Assembly (NCBI RefSeq): GCF_001194135.2 | Contig: NC_068981.1 | Span: forward strand, 76,067,087-76,127,731 | Direction: 5' to 3' | From: Octopus bimaculoides | Lineage: Eukaryota | DNA length: 60,645 bases | Shown here: positions 27,314 to 41,600 of the stretch, in pieces | Numbering within the stretch: position 1 is the stretch's first letter | How the letters are laid out: each line of letters begins with the position of its first letter | Notes under the pieces: model-generated | What the model was told of the DNA's origin: nothing | Databases searched by the model: none | What the model saw: only the letters and a program-made list of their open reading frames with translations | Translations under genes and position numbers: made by a program

Positions 27314-28897
27314 TGAATGTGTATATATATATATTATATATATATATATGAATGTATATGTGTGTGTGTGTGCATGTGAGTACGTGTGTGTTTATGTGTG
27401 TGTGTGTGTGCGCGCGTAAGTAAGTAATGACGTGAAATATAAATTTAATATTCATTTTCATATGAAATTTGGCACGCAACCCTCTGAATTCTTAATTCAA
27501 TTCCTACCGAAGTGGACCTCAGATTTCCACAGTGCTTTTTGACATAGTATATTAGTTTAATTTCAGTAAGGTCAGTCAAGAAAAGGGATTACAGTACACA
27601 ATAGAATTTAAAGTAATAGACTATACATTTCTCCCCTGATATTTGCTATTAGTAATTTCTAAACCGAAACTTTCAAAAATGTCACGTAAATGTGATGTAA
27701 AAAACCTTATCATTTGAGTAATACGTATATAGTTCAGGATGATATTTACTCTCTTACCTGGGGTTATTTTTGTAAAATAAGAAAGCAATGATTAATATAA
27801 TTTATGCCTTCACTCATTAATGGGAAATTATCCCACAGTTATTGAAATAATTGGAACGAAACCGGCTTTTGTATCCTCTTAAATAAATTTTAACAGAAAT
27901 GGGAAACTGTTGCTGAGATTGCAAATAATAAAGCAACAAAACAGGTGTCTTTTTCTAGATATTTTGCTAATTCCAACCGCCACAAAATATCAATGTGTAA
28001 ATATAAATATATAAGTGAAGATGGCTTGCCGCCAGAATCGTTAGCATCTCCGACAAAATAATTAGCAACACTTACTTCCGATTCATTGCATTTTGAATTC
28101 AAATCCCTCCAAGAACAACTTTGTGTTTCAACCCTAAGTGATAGAGAAGGTGATCCAGTTGCTGTATTCCTTCAAAATGTTAGGCCTTCATCTCTACAAC
28201 GACCCGGGGCCCCTTTCATGCGAATTGTTGTGACTTCTCTTATTTCTACTTTTGCAAGTCCGAGATACACATCTACACTCACGAATGGACGGACAAGTAC
28301 ACACCCGCACACATATACATACATTCACACGGGAACACATAACCATAAACACACACACACACATCATGCGTACACACGTACACATACATCCGCAAACATA
28401 CGCGCACATACGTACAGATACATGCACAAGCACACACACTACCCATACACACTCATTACGCATACACACACATAGGCAGGTACACGTGCACACACACACT
28501 TACATGAACAGGCACACGCGTACAGAAGAACGTACAAATACAGACACAAGAACACATAAGCACACACACACAAGAACAAAAACACAGATACTTGTTTATA
28601 CACAAAAACATGAAAAACCGCCAGATACGTACTCACACATACTGGAATTCACTCATATTCCCACGATCACACACACGTGAGCAGAGGGATGACGCCGAGT
28701 CACTGAAATGGAAGCGAACAGCGACAAAAGAACTTTCATTGAGAAATAAACTACCGATCGGATGTTAAGCCAACACATGAAATAAACGATTATTTAGTTA
28801 GTTGGTTTGATATTTAACCCATTGGCTATCAATAAAGAATTGCAATGGAACCTGAGCGTATATTATCATTATTGGCGTCATGATTTTCCCCAACGAA

Positions 28898-29107
28898 GGC
28901 GGCGAGCTGGCAGAAACGTTAGCACTCCAGGCGAAATGCTTAGTAGTGTTTCGTCTGTCTTTACGTTCTGAGTTCAAAATCTTCCCAGTTCGACATTGCT
29001 TTTCATCCTTTCGGGGTCGATAAATTAAGTACTTGTTGCATACTGGTGTCGATCTAATTAACTGTCCCCTCCCCCACAATTTCGGGCCTTGTAGAAAAGA
29101 AAAGAAT
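28898..29107 (+). mobile_element. SINE family A copy
   Basis: Complete head ggcggcgagctggcagaaacgttagcac through tail gggccttgtagaaaagaaaagaat. Confidence 0.85.
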
Positions 29108-30010
29108 GATTCTCCCAAGGCACAATAAAAAAATTGATGTAAAAATCCCAGCGGCGCTCAAGATTTCTTACACCTAATTTCGAATCTTAGTATTACTACT
29201 TCACTTATATCTTGTCAAATAAGCTCCAGCGTGAATGACACTATACTGGTACTTTTTTTTTATTACGAGAAATATAAATATCTCTCACAGAATTTGTTTC
29301 TTTTACACAAATTCATTGTTTTTAATAGCACATAATTTTGGTGATCATGTTTTGATAGTAATGATGGGTACCACTATCACATCTCATCGATTATATTCGA
29401 CGTAAGCTTATTTTATAGGCCTCAGAATATTGAAAGACAAAGTCGTCATGAGTATAATCTGAATTCGGCAAACAGAACAAAAATAAAAAAAATAAAAATA
29501 CCTAAATCTCGAATATAACGGCAATGAACTAAGTTCTGACGCTCTCCGATTATTACCCAACACTAACGATTTTTCATTTCACCACCATTATTGCTCAAAT
29601 GTTCAGTATTACTATGTTTGTGTTGGTGAACACAAAATCGCATTCCGTTACTGTTTATCTTGCAATTAATCATTTCTCATTGTTGCTCTGCTCTATATAG
29701 CTGTCTTTTAGACGTAGACGATATGTTTTCGTCCTCAGGTCATCCATCATTCTACCAACTTATTTCATCTTTTCTTTTCGCCTTCTGACAATCATTACTT
29801 CCTTAGGAGTTACTCATTATTCATTGTATCTTGAATTCAGTTCTTTTCCACTATTCTTTTCTTTAAACCACACTCACTTCATATATATATATATATATAT
29901 ATATATCGACATGTACATATAAAAACAACATATACTCATGTGTATTCATTCATGCATTCATACATACATACATACATACATACATACGCACGCACGCACA
30001 CACACACACA

Positions 30011-30043
<33 letters not shown>

Positions 30044-30435
30044 NNNNNNNNNNNNNNNNNNNNNNNNNNNNNNNNNNNNNNNNNNNNNNNNNNNNNNNNN
30101 NNNNNNNNNNNNNNNNNNNNNNNNNNNNNNNNNNNNNATATATATACGTGTGTATGTATGTGTGTATGAATGAATGCTCAACTCCGCATTGGTGGATAAA
30201 TACTTTTGTCATTTGGGAATTATGTATATATACAAATGTACTCACACATACTCACACAAACATGCACATGTATCAATAGAAGTATATATATTGATATTTA
30301 TCTTACACATTCCATCGATAGAACATGGGATGCAGAATGATAGAGCACGCTGCAAAATCCGTACAGTCTTTCACCTTTGTTTAACTGGACTGCAAATCAC
30401 CCCAAGTTTCATATGACATTTACTAGGTAATTTTT

Positions 30436-30657
30436 AATTCTTTATAGCCCACAGGGGGCTAAACATAGAGGGGACAAACAAGGACAGACAAAGAGATTAA
30501 GTCGATTACATCGACTCCAGTGCGTAACTGGTACTTATTTCATCGATCCCGAAAGGATGAAAGGCAAAGTTGTCCTTGGCGGAATTTGAACTCAGAACGT
30601 AACGACAGACGAAATACCGCTAAGCATTTCGCCCGGCGTCCTAGCGTTTCTGCCAGT
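30436..30657 (-). mobile_element. SINE family A copy with the 'gtccttgtttgtcccctct' tail
   Basis: Reverse complement of the head plus the same tail as 520-590 and 48400-48462. Confidence 0.85.
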
Positions 30658-31326
30658 CCAAGTTAACAAGTGTTGATTTGAATTGAACTCTCCTTTCCCC
30701 TTCATGGTGTCTAAAAATTCCATATCACCTAGCTACTGAAACTTGTAGAATTGGTAACAATTCTATAACATGTTAGAATAAGTACTAAATTATAATACCA
30801 TCAGTTACCCTTTCTCTCAGACATGTTTACTTTCCCCACACACAGCACACAAAAGAACATACATATACACAGGCCCCCCCCACACACAAACACACTCACA
30901 CACGCACACAGGTACACAGGCACACACTCACACACGCAAACACGCACACACATATACATACCCCCTGTTTTTCCGCATGAGTTCAGTATCTACAATGCTC
31001 ACTAGTTAACAGGTATTCCTTCAAATACACTCACACACACACATACACACACCCACGCCCACCTACACATACACTGCATTATAAATCTCTGAAGTGCATC
31101 CAAATTTTAAGCCTTCAATATACACATAGAAACCTAATAAATATTAAGTTTTTATTAATATACATATCTGCAATTTCGTGTATATATACACCGTCAATGA
31201 ACAAATGAAAGAAACAGGAGAAAGAGAGAGAGAGAGAGAAAGAGGGAGAGAGAGAAAGAGAGAAAGAGAGAGAGGGAGAGAGAGAGAGAGAAAGAGAGAA
31301 AGAGAGAGAGGGAGAGNNNNNNNNNN

Positions 31327-31363
<37 letters not shown>

Positions 31364-31483
31364 GCAGACAGACAGAGACAGAATTACATAGACAGAGAAA
31401 GAAAGAGAGGAGGAGAGAGCAGAAAAGCAATTTTATGTGTATGTTGGTCTCACGTTTTTTCAACTATGTCTTATCTTCCACAG

Positions 31484-31726
31484 CTGCTTACGAGAAACTA
31501 TTTCATCGACTGCCAAACCACGTGGTAACGTTACAACATAACCTGAAAATACCAGGTGTCAGCGTTGAAGAATGTGCACGGCGCTGCATTCTCGAGACCA
31601 GATTTAATTGCAGGGGCTTTGACTATGAACGTAAACTGAAAAACTGCTGGTTAACTGAGGCCACACCTGAAAGCGTCAAAGGGGTACAAGTATTTGCCAA
31701 CGCTGATTATTACGAACGCATTCCAG
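31484..31726 (+). CDS. Internal coding exon encoding one PAN/apple (PAN_1-type) domain of a larger, probably secreted or cell-surface protein
   Basis: Acceptor ttatcttccacag (AG 31482-31483) and donor CAG|gtacga (GT 31727-31728). 243 nt = 81 codons, phase 1 at both ends, no stops. Translation AYEKLFHRLPNHVVTLQHNLKIPGVSVEECARRCILETRFNCRGFDYERKLKNCWLTEATPESVKGVQVFANADYYERIP has the PAN pattern: CxxxC, C-x-x-F-x-Y, C-x-L, terminal DYYE. Confidence 0.9.
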
Positions 31727-31828
31727 GTACGATTAATTTTTTCATATATGTCCATCGATTCATGTATATATACATATAGATGTAGGTATGTATGTTTATG
31801 TATGAGTATATGCATATATTTATTATAT

Positions 31829-31863
<35 letters not shown>

Positions 31864-32217
31864 NNNNNNNNNNNNNNNNNNNNNNNNNNNNNNNNNNNNN
31901 NNNNNNNNNNNNNNNNNNNNNNNNNNNNNNNNNNNNNNNNNNNNNNNNNNNNNNNNNNNNNNNNNNNNNNNNNNNNNNNNNNNNNNNNNNNNNNNNNNNN
32001 NNNNNNNNNNNNNNNNNNNNNNNNNNNNNNNNNNNNNNNNNNNNNNNNNNNNNNNNNNNNNNNNNNNNNNNNNNNNNNNNNNNNNNNNNNNNNNNNNNNN
32101 NNNNNNNNNNNNNNNNNNNNNNNNNNNNNNNNNNNNNNNNNNNNNNNNNNNNNNNNNNNNNNNNNNNNNNNNNNNNNNNNNNNNNNNNNNNNNNNNNNNN
32201 NNNNNNNNNNNNNNNNT

Positions 32218-33201
32218 TTATACTTTTATTTTTCAAAATTAAGATAAACGAAGTTCTTTTTTACAGTATACTCTCCTTCAATTTCTACAATGCTCTTCCA
32301 TCTATCTGGTAGACTTGCAAAGCCCTTCTTCCAAAATTCACTTGACCGTGACGAAAGATACTCCTCCAGTACTGTTCTGACCTCGTTTACAGAATTCATA
32401 TTTTTTTCTGTTCAAATGATTTTGAAGACTGCAGAATAAATGGTAATCAGATGGGCCAATGTCCGGCGCATATGGTGGGTGAGGTATCATTTCCGATTCA
32501 CACTGCTCCAACCTTTGGAATGGAATCCTCGCTGTCTGTAGCCGAGCATTATTCTGGCGGTAGCACTGTCTTCGGCGCTTGACATTGTTACAGAGAGCCC
32601 ATTTCTCGTCACCAGTCATTATTCAGTTCAAAAAAGTTTAATTCGTGAGTGCAAAGAAGAACACACTCTCTGCGCGGGATTAGACTAGGAAAGTTTTTGA
32701 GGAATTCATTGATCCAATTTGCTCACTTTTCAGATGGCACGCAGGTGTCAATGAATGGTTGAATGACTAAATCTAAGCTTCTCTGCTAGTTCCGCAACAG
32801 TTACGATGGGATTTTCTTCCACCAAGGTTTGCAGAATGTCCTCGTTGTGCTCTACAGACCTTCCAAGATAAGGCTCGTCTTCTAAACTGTAGTTTCCGGC
32901 TCAGAATTTCTGGGACCATTGGTGACACTAGTTTAAGCTTATTATCTGATCCCCATATCCTGCGTTAATATTTCTCGCACATTCCGTTGCGTTGTTACCG
33001 AATATGCTCCTTTCTCACTCACACTATAGCTTTGAAAAAGTAACTGCTAAAATCGAACTTCACTTTTCAATACTTGCAATAAGAGTAAGCACAATGTAAA
33101 ATTACTACCTGCTTTTACAGCAAGTGGAGGCAGGCAGGTCTCCTTCCGACTTTTAGTTCATGCAATTGTAAAAACTGCATTATGTATGGAATGACCCAAT
33201 A
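32218..33201 (-). mobile_element. Internally deleted mariner transposon
   Basis: Minus-strand TGDEKWAL (first catalytic D motif) and HPPYAPDIGPSDYHLFCSLQNHL (cf. HPPYSPDLAPSDYHLF). Terminal ttgggtcattccatacataatgcag next to TA at about 33202. The other end runs into the gap ending at 32217. Confidence 0.85.
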
Positions 33202-33661
33202 TATATGTATAAACGTATGAATGTATATATAGATATATACATATAAATATACATACAAACACACACACTCACACACACACTTATGTGTATAGGTTTTGTG
33301 TATGTATATGTATTTGTGTGTGCGAGAGGGTTGTGCTTTGTGGCTTGGTCAATAATGTCTCGATTAAATGAAATTAAAACCCATTTTCCTTTACACTGGC
33401 ATTGCCTTGAGATAATTTACATCTGTCCTCACTAAGGTATAACTAAATACATCCAGCTCCACCCTTTGTATGCACTATGGTGACCTAATTAGTGCCATGA
33501 TCTCGTACTGTTCCCTGTTGATTGATAAAATTTTGTCAATTTGTATGGTTAAACATATTGATAGCCAGGTTGTCAACATTATTGATGTCTAAATAAGACC
33601 ATTTGAATGAAAACATTCTTGTGATAAAGATGTTGAATATCACACATGTAATGTATGGTGG

Positions 33662-34055
33662 AGGTGGAGGCGCAATGGCCCAGTGGTTAAGGCAGCGGAG
33701 TCACGGTCATAAGATCGCGGTTTCGATTCCCAGACCAGGCGTTGTGAGTGTTTATTGAGCGAAAACACCTAGAACTCCACGAGGCTCCGGCAGGGGATGG
33801 TGGCGAATCCTGATGTACTCTTTCACCACAACTTTCTCTCACTCTTACTTCCCGTTTCTGTTGTGCCTGTAATTCAAATGGTCAGTCTTGTCACACTGTG
33901 TCACGCTGAATATCCCCGAGAACTACGTTAAGGGTACATGTGTCTGTGGAGTGCTCAGCCACTTGCACGTTAATTTCACGAGCATGCTGTTCCGTTGATC
34001 GGATCAACTGGAACCCTCGACGTCGTAAGCGACGGAGTGCCAACAACAACAACAA
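33662..34055 (+). mobile_element. SINE family B (tRNA-like head, about 390 nt, (AAC)n tail) with a 12-bp TSD
   Basis: Head ggcgcaatggcccagtggttaagg...ggtttcgattccc (A/B boxes). Tail cgacggagtgccaacaacaac. aatgtatggtgg at 33650-33661 and 34056-34067. Confidence 0.88.
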
Positions 34056-35370
34056 AATGTATGGTGGTATTTCTTTTTCCGGCGATGAGATATTCCTACT
34101 CACTGGTTGTTAAGAAGTTACTCTCTGATTTTTCTTTTATGGTACGCTGTCCTATGATTCTAGTAACTATTTATTGTATTAGTTTATTTACTGAACTCTT
34201 CCTTTCTCTTTAAACATTCTTTTAAGAATATACAATTTGTTTTCGACATGAGTTGCAAGTCTAGCATGAAGAAAAATTTCCAGATGACATGTATGTGAAG
34301 TTCACAATCATATATTTTCTGAAGCATATTTGGTAAAATGTACATTGTTCGTATACTTTGAGTGGACATATGTATTTTGCGTAAAACTTTGATAAGTTAA
34401 GAAAAACATAGTGTCTGTTATGTCGGTTATTGGCTTCTAATGATTATAAGTCATAATAACTGAGCCGCATAGACACGCTAAACACAAACGCACACATTAT
34501 AGCATGAAACGTTGGTAACGATCTTATGATTCATTGATGAGATTTTCTCTGGCAGTTTTAACGATGTCTAAATATACCACTCAATTATTTAATTGAGCTA
34601 ATGCTACTTAATAGCAAGAGATAACCACATCACTATACCTCCTTGCACTGGATGACAATTATGTTTAATAATTAATAACCTATACAAAATATAACACCAT
34701 GAATTACTTTTTGTGTTCACATTACATCAGAGATATTATTAATAATATATGTAAGCCGCAGTTTCTCTTTAGACCCAAGAAGTATCTTGCCCAGTCTTTC
34801 TAAAGTTATATGATAAAGATTAACATATTGGTTTATCACACTGATCATCAGCTGCCTCTTTGCTAGAAAGAACAGGGTTAATTTTGTTAGTCAACTCAGA
34901 AAACATTAACTTACATAATATTTTAATTACTTTTAACACTCAAAACTAATTTTTAGCAAAAAGCATAGTGGTTTATAAACAATTCCACTGGCATCAATTA
35001 GTTACTGAAGCCTTGAAAGGATCGAATGCAAGGAAACAGTCCGTCCTCTCATTGAAAAATAATCTATTTTTAAACATCACTGGTGGGCAAAAAAGACGTC
35101 CATGGCGCTTGCAGATGTTTGTCAATTCAAGAAATCAGTCAACCTCATATTATCAGGTATCTTCCTCTTAATTGTATGAAGATCCTTAAGTAGAATAGCT
35201 TCCTTTTTTCTTTAAATTTCAAACATTATTCTCATCCTTGAATAGTTATCACAGTATTCACACACGCACGCGCGCAAACACACATATATATACATACATA
35301 TGTATATATCTATCTCTATATTTATGTATATATATGTATTTATATGTATATACATACATACGTACATACA

Positions 35371-35406
<36 letters not shown>

Positions 35407-35974
35407 NNNNNNNNNNNNNNNNNNNNNNNNNNNNNNNNNNNNNNNNNNNNNNNNNNNNNNNNNNNNNNNNNNNNNNNNNNNNNNNNNNNNNNNNNNNNNN
35501 NNNNNNNNNNNNNNNNNNNNNNNNNNNNNNNNNNNNNNNNNNNNNNNNNNNNNNNNNNNNNNNNNNNNNNNNNNNNNNNNNNNNNNNNNNNNNNNNNNNN
35601 NNNNNNNNNNNNNNNNNNNNNNNNNNNNNNNNNNNNNNNNNNNNNNNNNNNNNNNNNNNNNNNNNNNNNNNNNNNNNNNNNNNNNNNNNNNNNNNNNNNN
35701 NNNNNNNNNNNNNNNNNNNNNNNNNNNNNNNNNNNNNNNNNNNNNNNNNNNNNNNNNNNNNNNNNNNNNNNNNNNNNNNNNNNNNNNNNNNNNNNNNNNN
35801 NNNNNNNNNNNNNNNNNNNNNNNNNNNNNNNNNNNNNNNNNNNNNNNNNNNNNNNNNNNNNNNNNNNNNNNNNNNNNNNNNNNNNNNNNNNNNNNNNNNN
35901 NNNNNNNNNNNNNNNNNNNNNNNNNNNNNNNNNNNNNNNNNNNNNNNNNNNNNNNNNNNNNNNNNNNNNNNNNN

Positions 35975-36031
<57 letters not shown>

Positions 36032-36329
36032 GCATGTGGGTGTGTATGTATGTATTATGTATGTGTGTGTGCATATATATATATATATACTTTTATGAGC
36101 TACTACTAGTTTCCTGCTGCGATGAAAACAGTCCAGACAGCATTTCTGAACACGTCTCATGCCGTCACGCAATACACAGCTTGTGCTCACAAGGTATAAC
36201 ATGCGAAAAAGAAAAAAAAGAAAGAAACGATAGGATAAGGGAAAACAGGAGAAAAGACGGGAAAGAGGAAGATATTAATGGTTGAAGGTTCAAATACATA
36301 TTTGCAATATTACATTTATCTAATTAGTT

Positions 36330-37150
36330 TTACATGTTTACCTTTTATCGCCTTCAAAATGTTCTCCATTTGAAGTAATGCATTGATCCTGGCGCATTTT
36401 CTTCTGTTTCGAGCACTGCCCGAACTCTTGCGAAATGATGTCGTTTAACGCCTTCGTCGTTTTTTTTCTTCACCTCTTCCACATCTGCAAATTCTGTAGC
36501 ACCAGCTTTCGTCACCAGTGATGACCGTCGATAAAAAATATCCGGATGAACTTCCAGCTATTCTTTCAGCTCACGACACACATTCAACCGTAACTGCTTT
36601 GGATTATCTGCAAGAAAGCGAGCCACAAAGTTTTCTGCAACTCTTTTCATTCGCAGCTTCTTGCTCAAAATTCGTTGGCAGGAGATCCAGGACAGACCAA
36701 TAATATCATCAAGTTCTTCAATTGTTCTGTGATGGTCCTCCAAGACCACTTTATGAATTTTCATGATGTTTTCATTCGTTCGGGTTGGTCTTCAAACTAG
36801 TTACCATTACTAAAGCGTAGAAACATCTCTTAAATTTGTGTTTTGTTCATAGCAGCGTCTTTGTAGACTGTTGAAAACATATGACAACTGTTTCGGCCGC
36901 TGTTTTCCCCAGTAGAAAACAGAATGTCACAGAAGCACGGTTTTTCTTTGTTTCAGCCATCGCAAAATCGATGAACAGGGGAGAAGTACTGCAAAAGAAA
37001 ATCGCATCACGTGTAGTACGACTTAGGTGAGGACATCGATTGGCAGACTGATGCCAGAGTGTCGCATCAAGTGGCTTCTAGCGGCGGAAATCTAAACTAC
37101 TACGGATTTGTCCCACAGAGAACGTTTCCGGTTAATTTTGGGTACCCACG
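36330..37150 (-). mobile_element. Internally deleted mariner transposon
   Basis: Minus-strand HTH region KIHKVVLEDHHRTIEELDDIIGLSWISCQRILSKKLRMKRVA, then a TGDES-like motif. Terminus cgtgggtacccaaaattaaccgga (minus) ends at 37150. Second TIR not found. Confidence 0.75.
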
Positions 37151-37151
37151 A

Positions 37152-38691
37152 CACCGTGTTTCAAATTATTAACGACTTAATATTTAAAAAAAAAATAATT
37201 TAAAAACTACTCGCTGGAATTCAATGAAATCTCTAGAGAATGATATGAACCATTGTATGCGTGGGGTATGTAAAAACCAACAGTGAAGTTTTGCCCAATT
37301 GTAAACAAACTGTGGCCATATGCATGATTTTCCGGAACTTTCAGTTTTCCAAATTATTAATGTGTGATCTCATAATCGTGTAATTATGAGTCATACATGT
37401 GACTTAACTACTTCAAAGAAATCTGTCATTACTTCTGAACTTGCCAAAGGAAAATCAACATTAGAAATATATCAAATAATTGGAAGATATCACCAAACTG
37501 TGAACATCTTTATTACACCTCCTACGAAGATACGTAAGAGAACAGATAAGGGTCAGTAAGGGGTGTTTCTTAACGTTTTCTGTCATGAATTAAGCGTGAA
37601 GCAGTAACGAACCCAGGTCTTACAAGTGGAGAAATTTTCAGGACCATTGGCAAAACAACTGTGTCCAGAACATGGGTAAACCAGTAGCATCTCTTAAAAG
37701 ACCTCCTTTAAACAAAATCCACATACAAAATCGTCTGAAATGGGCAGCAGATAAAATAAAGGTCGACATTTCAAAAGTTTTCTTTACGGACGAAACACGT
37801 GCTACTCTGGGCATGATGGCTGCAACAAGGGATGGGTTGTAAATGGACGAGACTGTCATCAACACTTGAGACGTCATCAAGGGGGAGGAGTCATCATGAT
37901 ATGGGCAGTTATTGCTGGAGGTATTATGGTTGGTCCTTGGAAAGTACCTTACGATGTTAAAATGACTGCATATGCTTACATAGCCTCTCTGGAAGAGCAC
38001 CTTTAACCTTAGTTAAAAAAAGCAAAGGATCACCTTCAAGACCATAAAAGTCATGCAAGATAATGTGCCCTTGCCTTCAGCAAAGAAAACTACGGAATAT
38101 ATGCAACAATTAGGCTTCTGGGGACCTAAGTAGATGAAGTGGCCTGCCTGTTACCCCGACTTAAACCCAATAGAAAACTTCAAGAGTATTCTAAAGTGAC
38201 AAATTTACGAGAATGGACGACAATTTATGAGCAAGCATGAACTGAGGTGAGCAATAGTGGACATATCTCGTGGTATAACATTCGACGAGTTCTAGAAATT
38301 AGCATGTTCCAAGGATCAGCGCCTTTTCCTACCTATTTCAAACAAATGCTCATGTAACCACTACTAGCCAACTCACCTATCATTTTTGAACGCTGTTTAT
38401 TTGTTTCTTCCCTGCTTAATTACTGTGTGCTCATTTCCTTGTGTGTACCAAACAATTAAATTCGCATTTTCTTCTTTTTATGAGTTTTAATTATACCTAG
38501 CTAGTAGTTTCAAACAATGAAAGTTTGCGTAAATTTGCTAAATGGCCGTAGCTTCGCGTAACCGGACGTCTTTTACACATCATGCGCATATAACTGTTGC
38601 CATCATTTTGTGAAAATATTGAATTTCAAGTAGGTTTTCAATAAAATAAAAAATAAAAAATGTTACGTCCTTAGTAATTTGAAACGCATTG
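37152..38691 (+). mobile_element. Full-length but inactivated Tc1-like DDE transposon with TIRs
   Basis: Imperfect TIRs caccgtgtttcaaattattaacgac (37152-37176) and gtccttagtaatttgaaacgcattg (38667-38691), TA at 38692-38693. Motifs RLKWA, VFFTDE, QGGGVIMIWA, MQDN, WPACYPDLNPIEN, with stops and frameshifts. Confidence 0.85.
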
Positions 38692-41600
38692 TATGATTAT
38701 ATGTGTGTATGCGTGTGTGTATATGTGCATGTGTGTGTGCGTATGGGTGTGTGTATGAATATATATACACTGATACAAAGATACATATCTATTTAATTGT
38801 ATTTATATGTATCTATATGTGCTCACAAACAAATCATGTATTTGTGTGAAGAGAATTTTCATTCTGGAAAACTGTATAATATATATTTACGTTATTTCTA
38901 GATTATAATCGATGTTTATAATCTTACATTTTTATATCAGGCCATAATTATTAAATATAATTTGTGACGAAAATATATTAAAACAAATGATATATTGAAA
39001 CTATTATGTTCTTTTTTGTCAATATTTTTCTCATTATTTTCGCTTAATATTGCTAAATACGTCGTCAGAAGTTTGAATAATATCTGCTTAACCATTTTGT
39101 ATATTACCACTTAGGGTATTTTATTGAAAAATAATTTTGACATAGCTCCTTGTAAATTTGTATTAACTTCATATATCTCATAAATTATGATTCGATAAAT
39201 TCTGCATATATACGAATAAGTTATTTTCATTACAATTTATGCGAGTATATTAAAATCTAATTCTTGCCTCACCATACATATTTTTTTCTTTACTACTGGG
39301 AAATGCATTAGCGCTGTTCCTTGCATTGAATTTTTCTATTTTATTTATGAAATTACGACTGTTGCTCTTGTTTTTGAGGTTAACGTTGCTTAACTTAAGA
39401 CCAACACTTACTGAGCAAGCATAACACTGTTTTGTGACGGTGCTGCATTTACATGAATAGGGAACCAATAAGCTTGCTGTACATACCAAGGAACTGCTTG
39501 CAGTTGACTTGAGAAAAAAAGTGCATTATAATCCAAATATTTTTTCATAAAATTAAATATGGCTAAACACAACAATTATAGTTTTCTTATAACACGGCAT
39601 ACTGACTTCATAAAAATGGAGGCAACCTTTCACATTTTATCTCATTGAATATCTAGTTAACTGCACACTTGCATATATTTTCCTTTTTACTGATATGCTG
39701 CAATATAGGTTTCACCATCTCCCCAACTTTACTGGTTAACTGGTTATATCTTCTCGAAGGATATTTTCTACCGGTTAAATTAAATTACTAAAGCTTAACT
39801 CTCCAACTCAGAAATAAATGCTAATTTTTTAAATCATGTTAATTTAAAAAAAAAAATTATGCTACTTTAAAAATTATGTTAATTTTTAGATTATGCTGAT
39901 TTTTTAGATAACAATTTCACAAAATTGTTATAAAATTCTTAATAGGTTTATCAATTAAGTAGCAGGTATTGATCAACACTTCCGTGAAGTGGAAGAAAGA
40001 GTAAAAGATTGTTATGCTCATATGGTAGTAACAGGCATTTTTTTCCGCCGTAACATACTGTAAACAAAAGCTTCTATAATGTACACTAGCCTTAAACATG
40101 CTCATACACATATACATTTAAATATATACACTTACATACATACACAGACACACACATGCACGCATGCATATATATATATATTCATAAATATATCATACAC
40201 ACACACACACACGTACGCACACACACACACACACACACATATAAATATAAATACATTATCTGACGCACCCTGAATTATATGAATTAATTACTCTGTATGA
40301 ATATTTCATACCCTGAACGAAACCAAATTCGAAAGGATGTCAAAATTTCTTTGGACACTAATTGATTCATCACTGTATCAGGTGTTCAAACTGGTTAGTA
40401 ATTAACAGCTTGACTTGGAGGAATCAATGGTTATTACTGCGCAGGAAATGAATTTAGAAACTAGGTGAATAAGTTGGTGTTTATAACTTGACGTTATAAC
40501 TACAAAATTATTTTAGAGCAATTCACGCAACACTTTCATGTATATAAACATATAACATTTGCTGTGATTGGGAAAGCATTGTATTATTTCATGTTTGGTT
40601 TATTCTGCAAAAGTATTCAAGTGTTTCATTTTATATCCTGGGTCTTGATGATAATCAATATGATTGCGTCAAGATACGGTAGAATACGCAATCACAATGA
40701 TATTGCAGAGATTCGCAACAAAGTGTCTTAGATTCAACGCATCTTTTAAACAGAAATATACGGTAGAATATGCAAACATAATAACATTGAGGAGATGGGA
40801 ACAATCTACTTACATTCGCAACAAGTTGTCTTAGATTCAACGAATCTCGTATTAAACAAAAAGATATTGAATGAATTCCAAATTGAAAAGAACATATTGA
40901 GAAAGAGTACATGTACTGTTAAAATAACCTTCAGTATATGAATGAATTATCAAAAGCATTAATTATTTTAAAGTATTATCATGTAACAATTCATTGAAAG
41001 TATTCATCCAATTCTCAATTCTCATCTGATTTGCTTCTAAAGCACTTCAGTTTTCCAATTTATCATTTTATGAAACAATTTTGTTATAAAGTCTGGTTGA
41101 AGCAAGTAATTCAATGATAAAGCAAATATAATTTAGGATTATTTCATACTTGAAAAATGGAGAAATATCGCAAAAACACCTGAACATATTACTTCAAATA
41201 ATTATTACTAAAATGCAAAATTTTAATGTCTCATTTCTCACGCCAATTTACCAACTTCTAAAAGTTTCATATCCAGTTTAATTATTTTCGTTCTTAAATA
41301 CGGTGCATTTATTTTAGTTTCGCTATTTGTAAACGTAAAGTTAACATAGGCGAAATATTGTAATAACTTTTTTTCGGGAAAATTATTTTTTGGCAAAGAA
41401 ATGTATATTCTGAAAGTTCAAATGTCATAGATTCCATTCTGGAGGCAAAATAATTGTTTGAATGGCTTTTTATAGGAAACCGAAAGAAATCTACTCGACA
41501 ATCACAGCTGTTTAGTCTGCCGACGACAATTTTTAAAAGAAGAATAAACTACGATACTAAGGTCAAACTTTGTACAATAATATTCTGAATCGATGGAGGA

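Noticed and set aside
33665-33740. tRNA-like sequence (also 51925-51999, 11973, 45901, 52164, 59005)
   Set aside because: Each continues into a shared SINE body, with TSD and tail where intact, and I could not fold a complete cloverleaf. These are SINE heads, not tRNA genes.
39347-39424. Signal-peptide-like ORF MKLRLLLLFLRLTLLNLRPTLTEQA
   Set aside because: It ends in a stop with no convincing donor site. T-rich strands give Leu-rich strings by chance.
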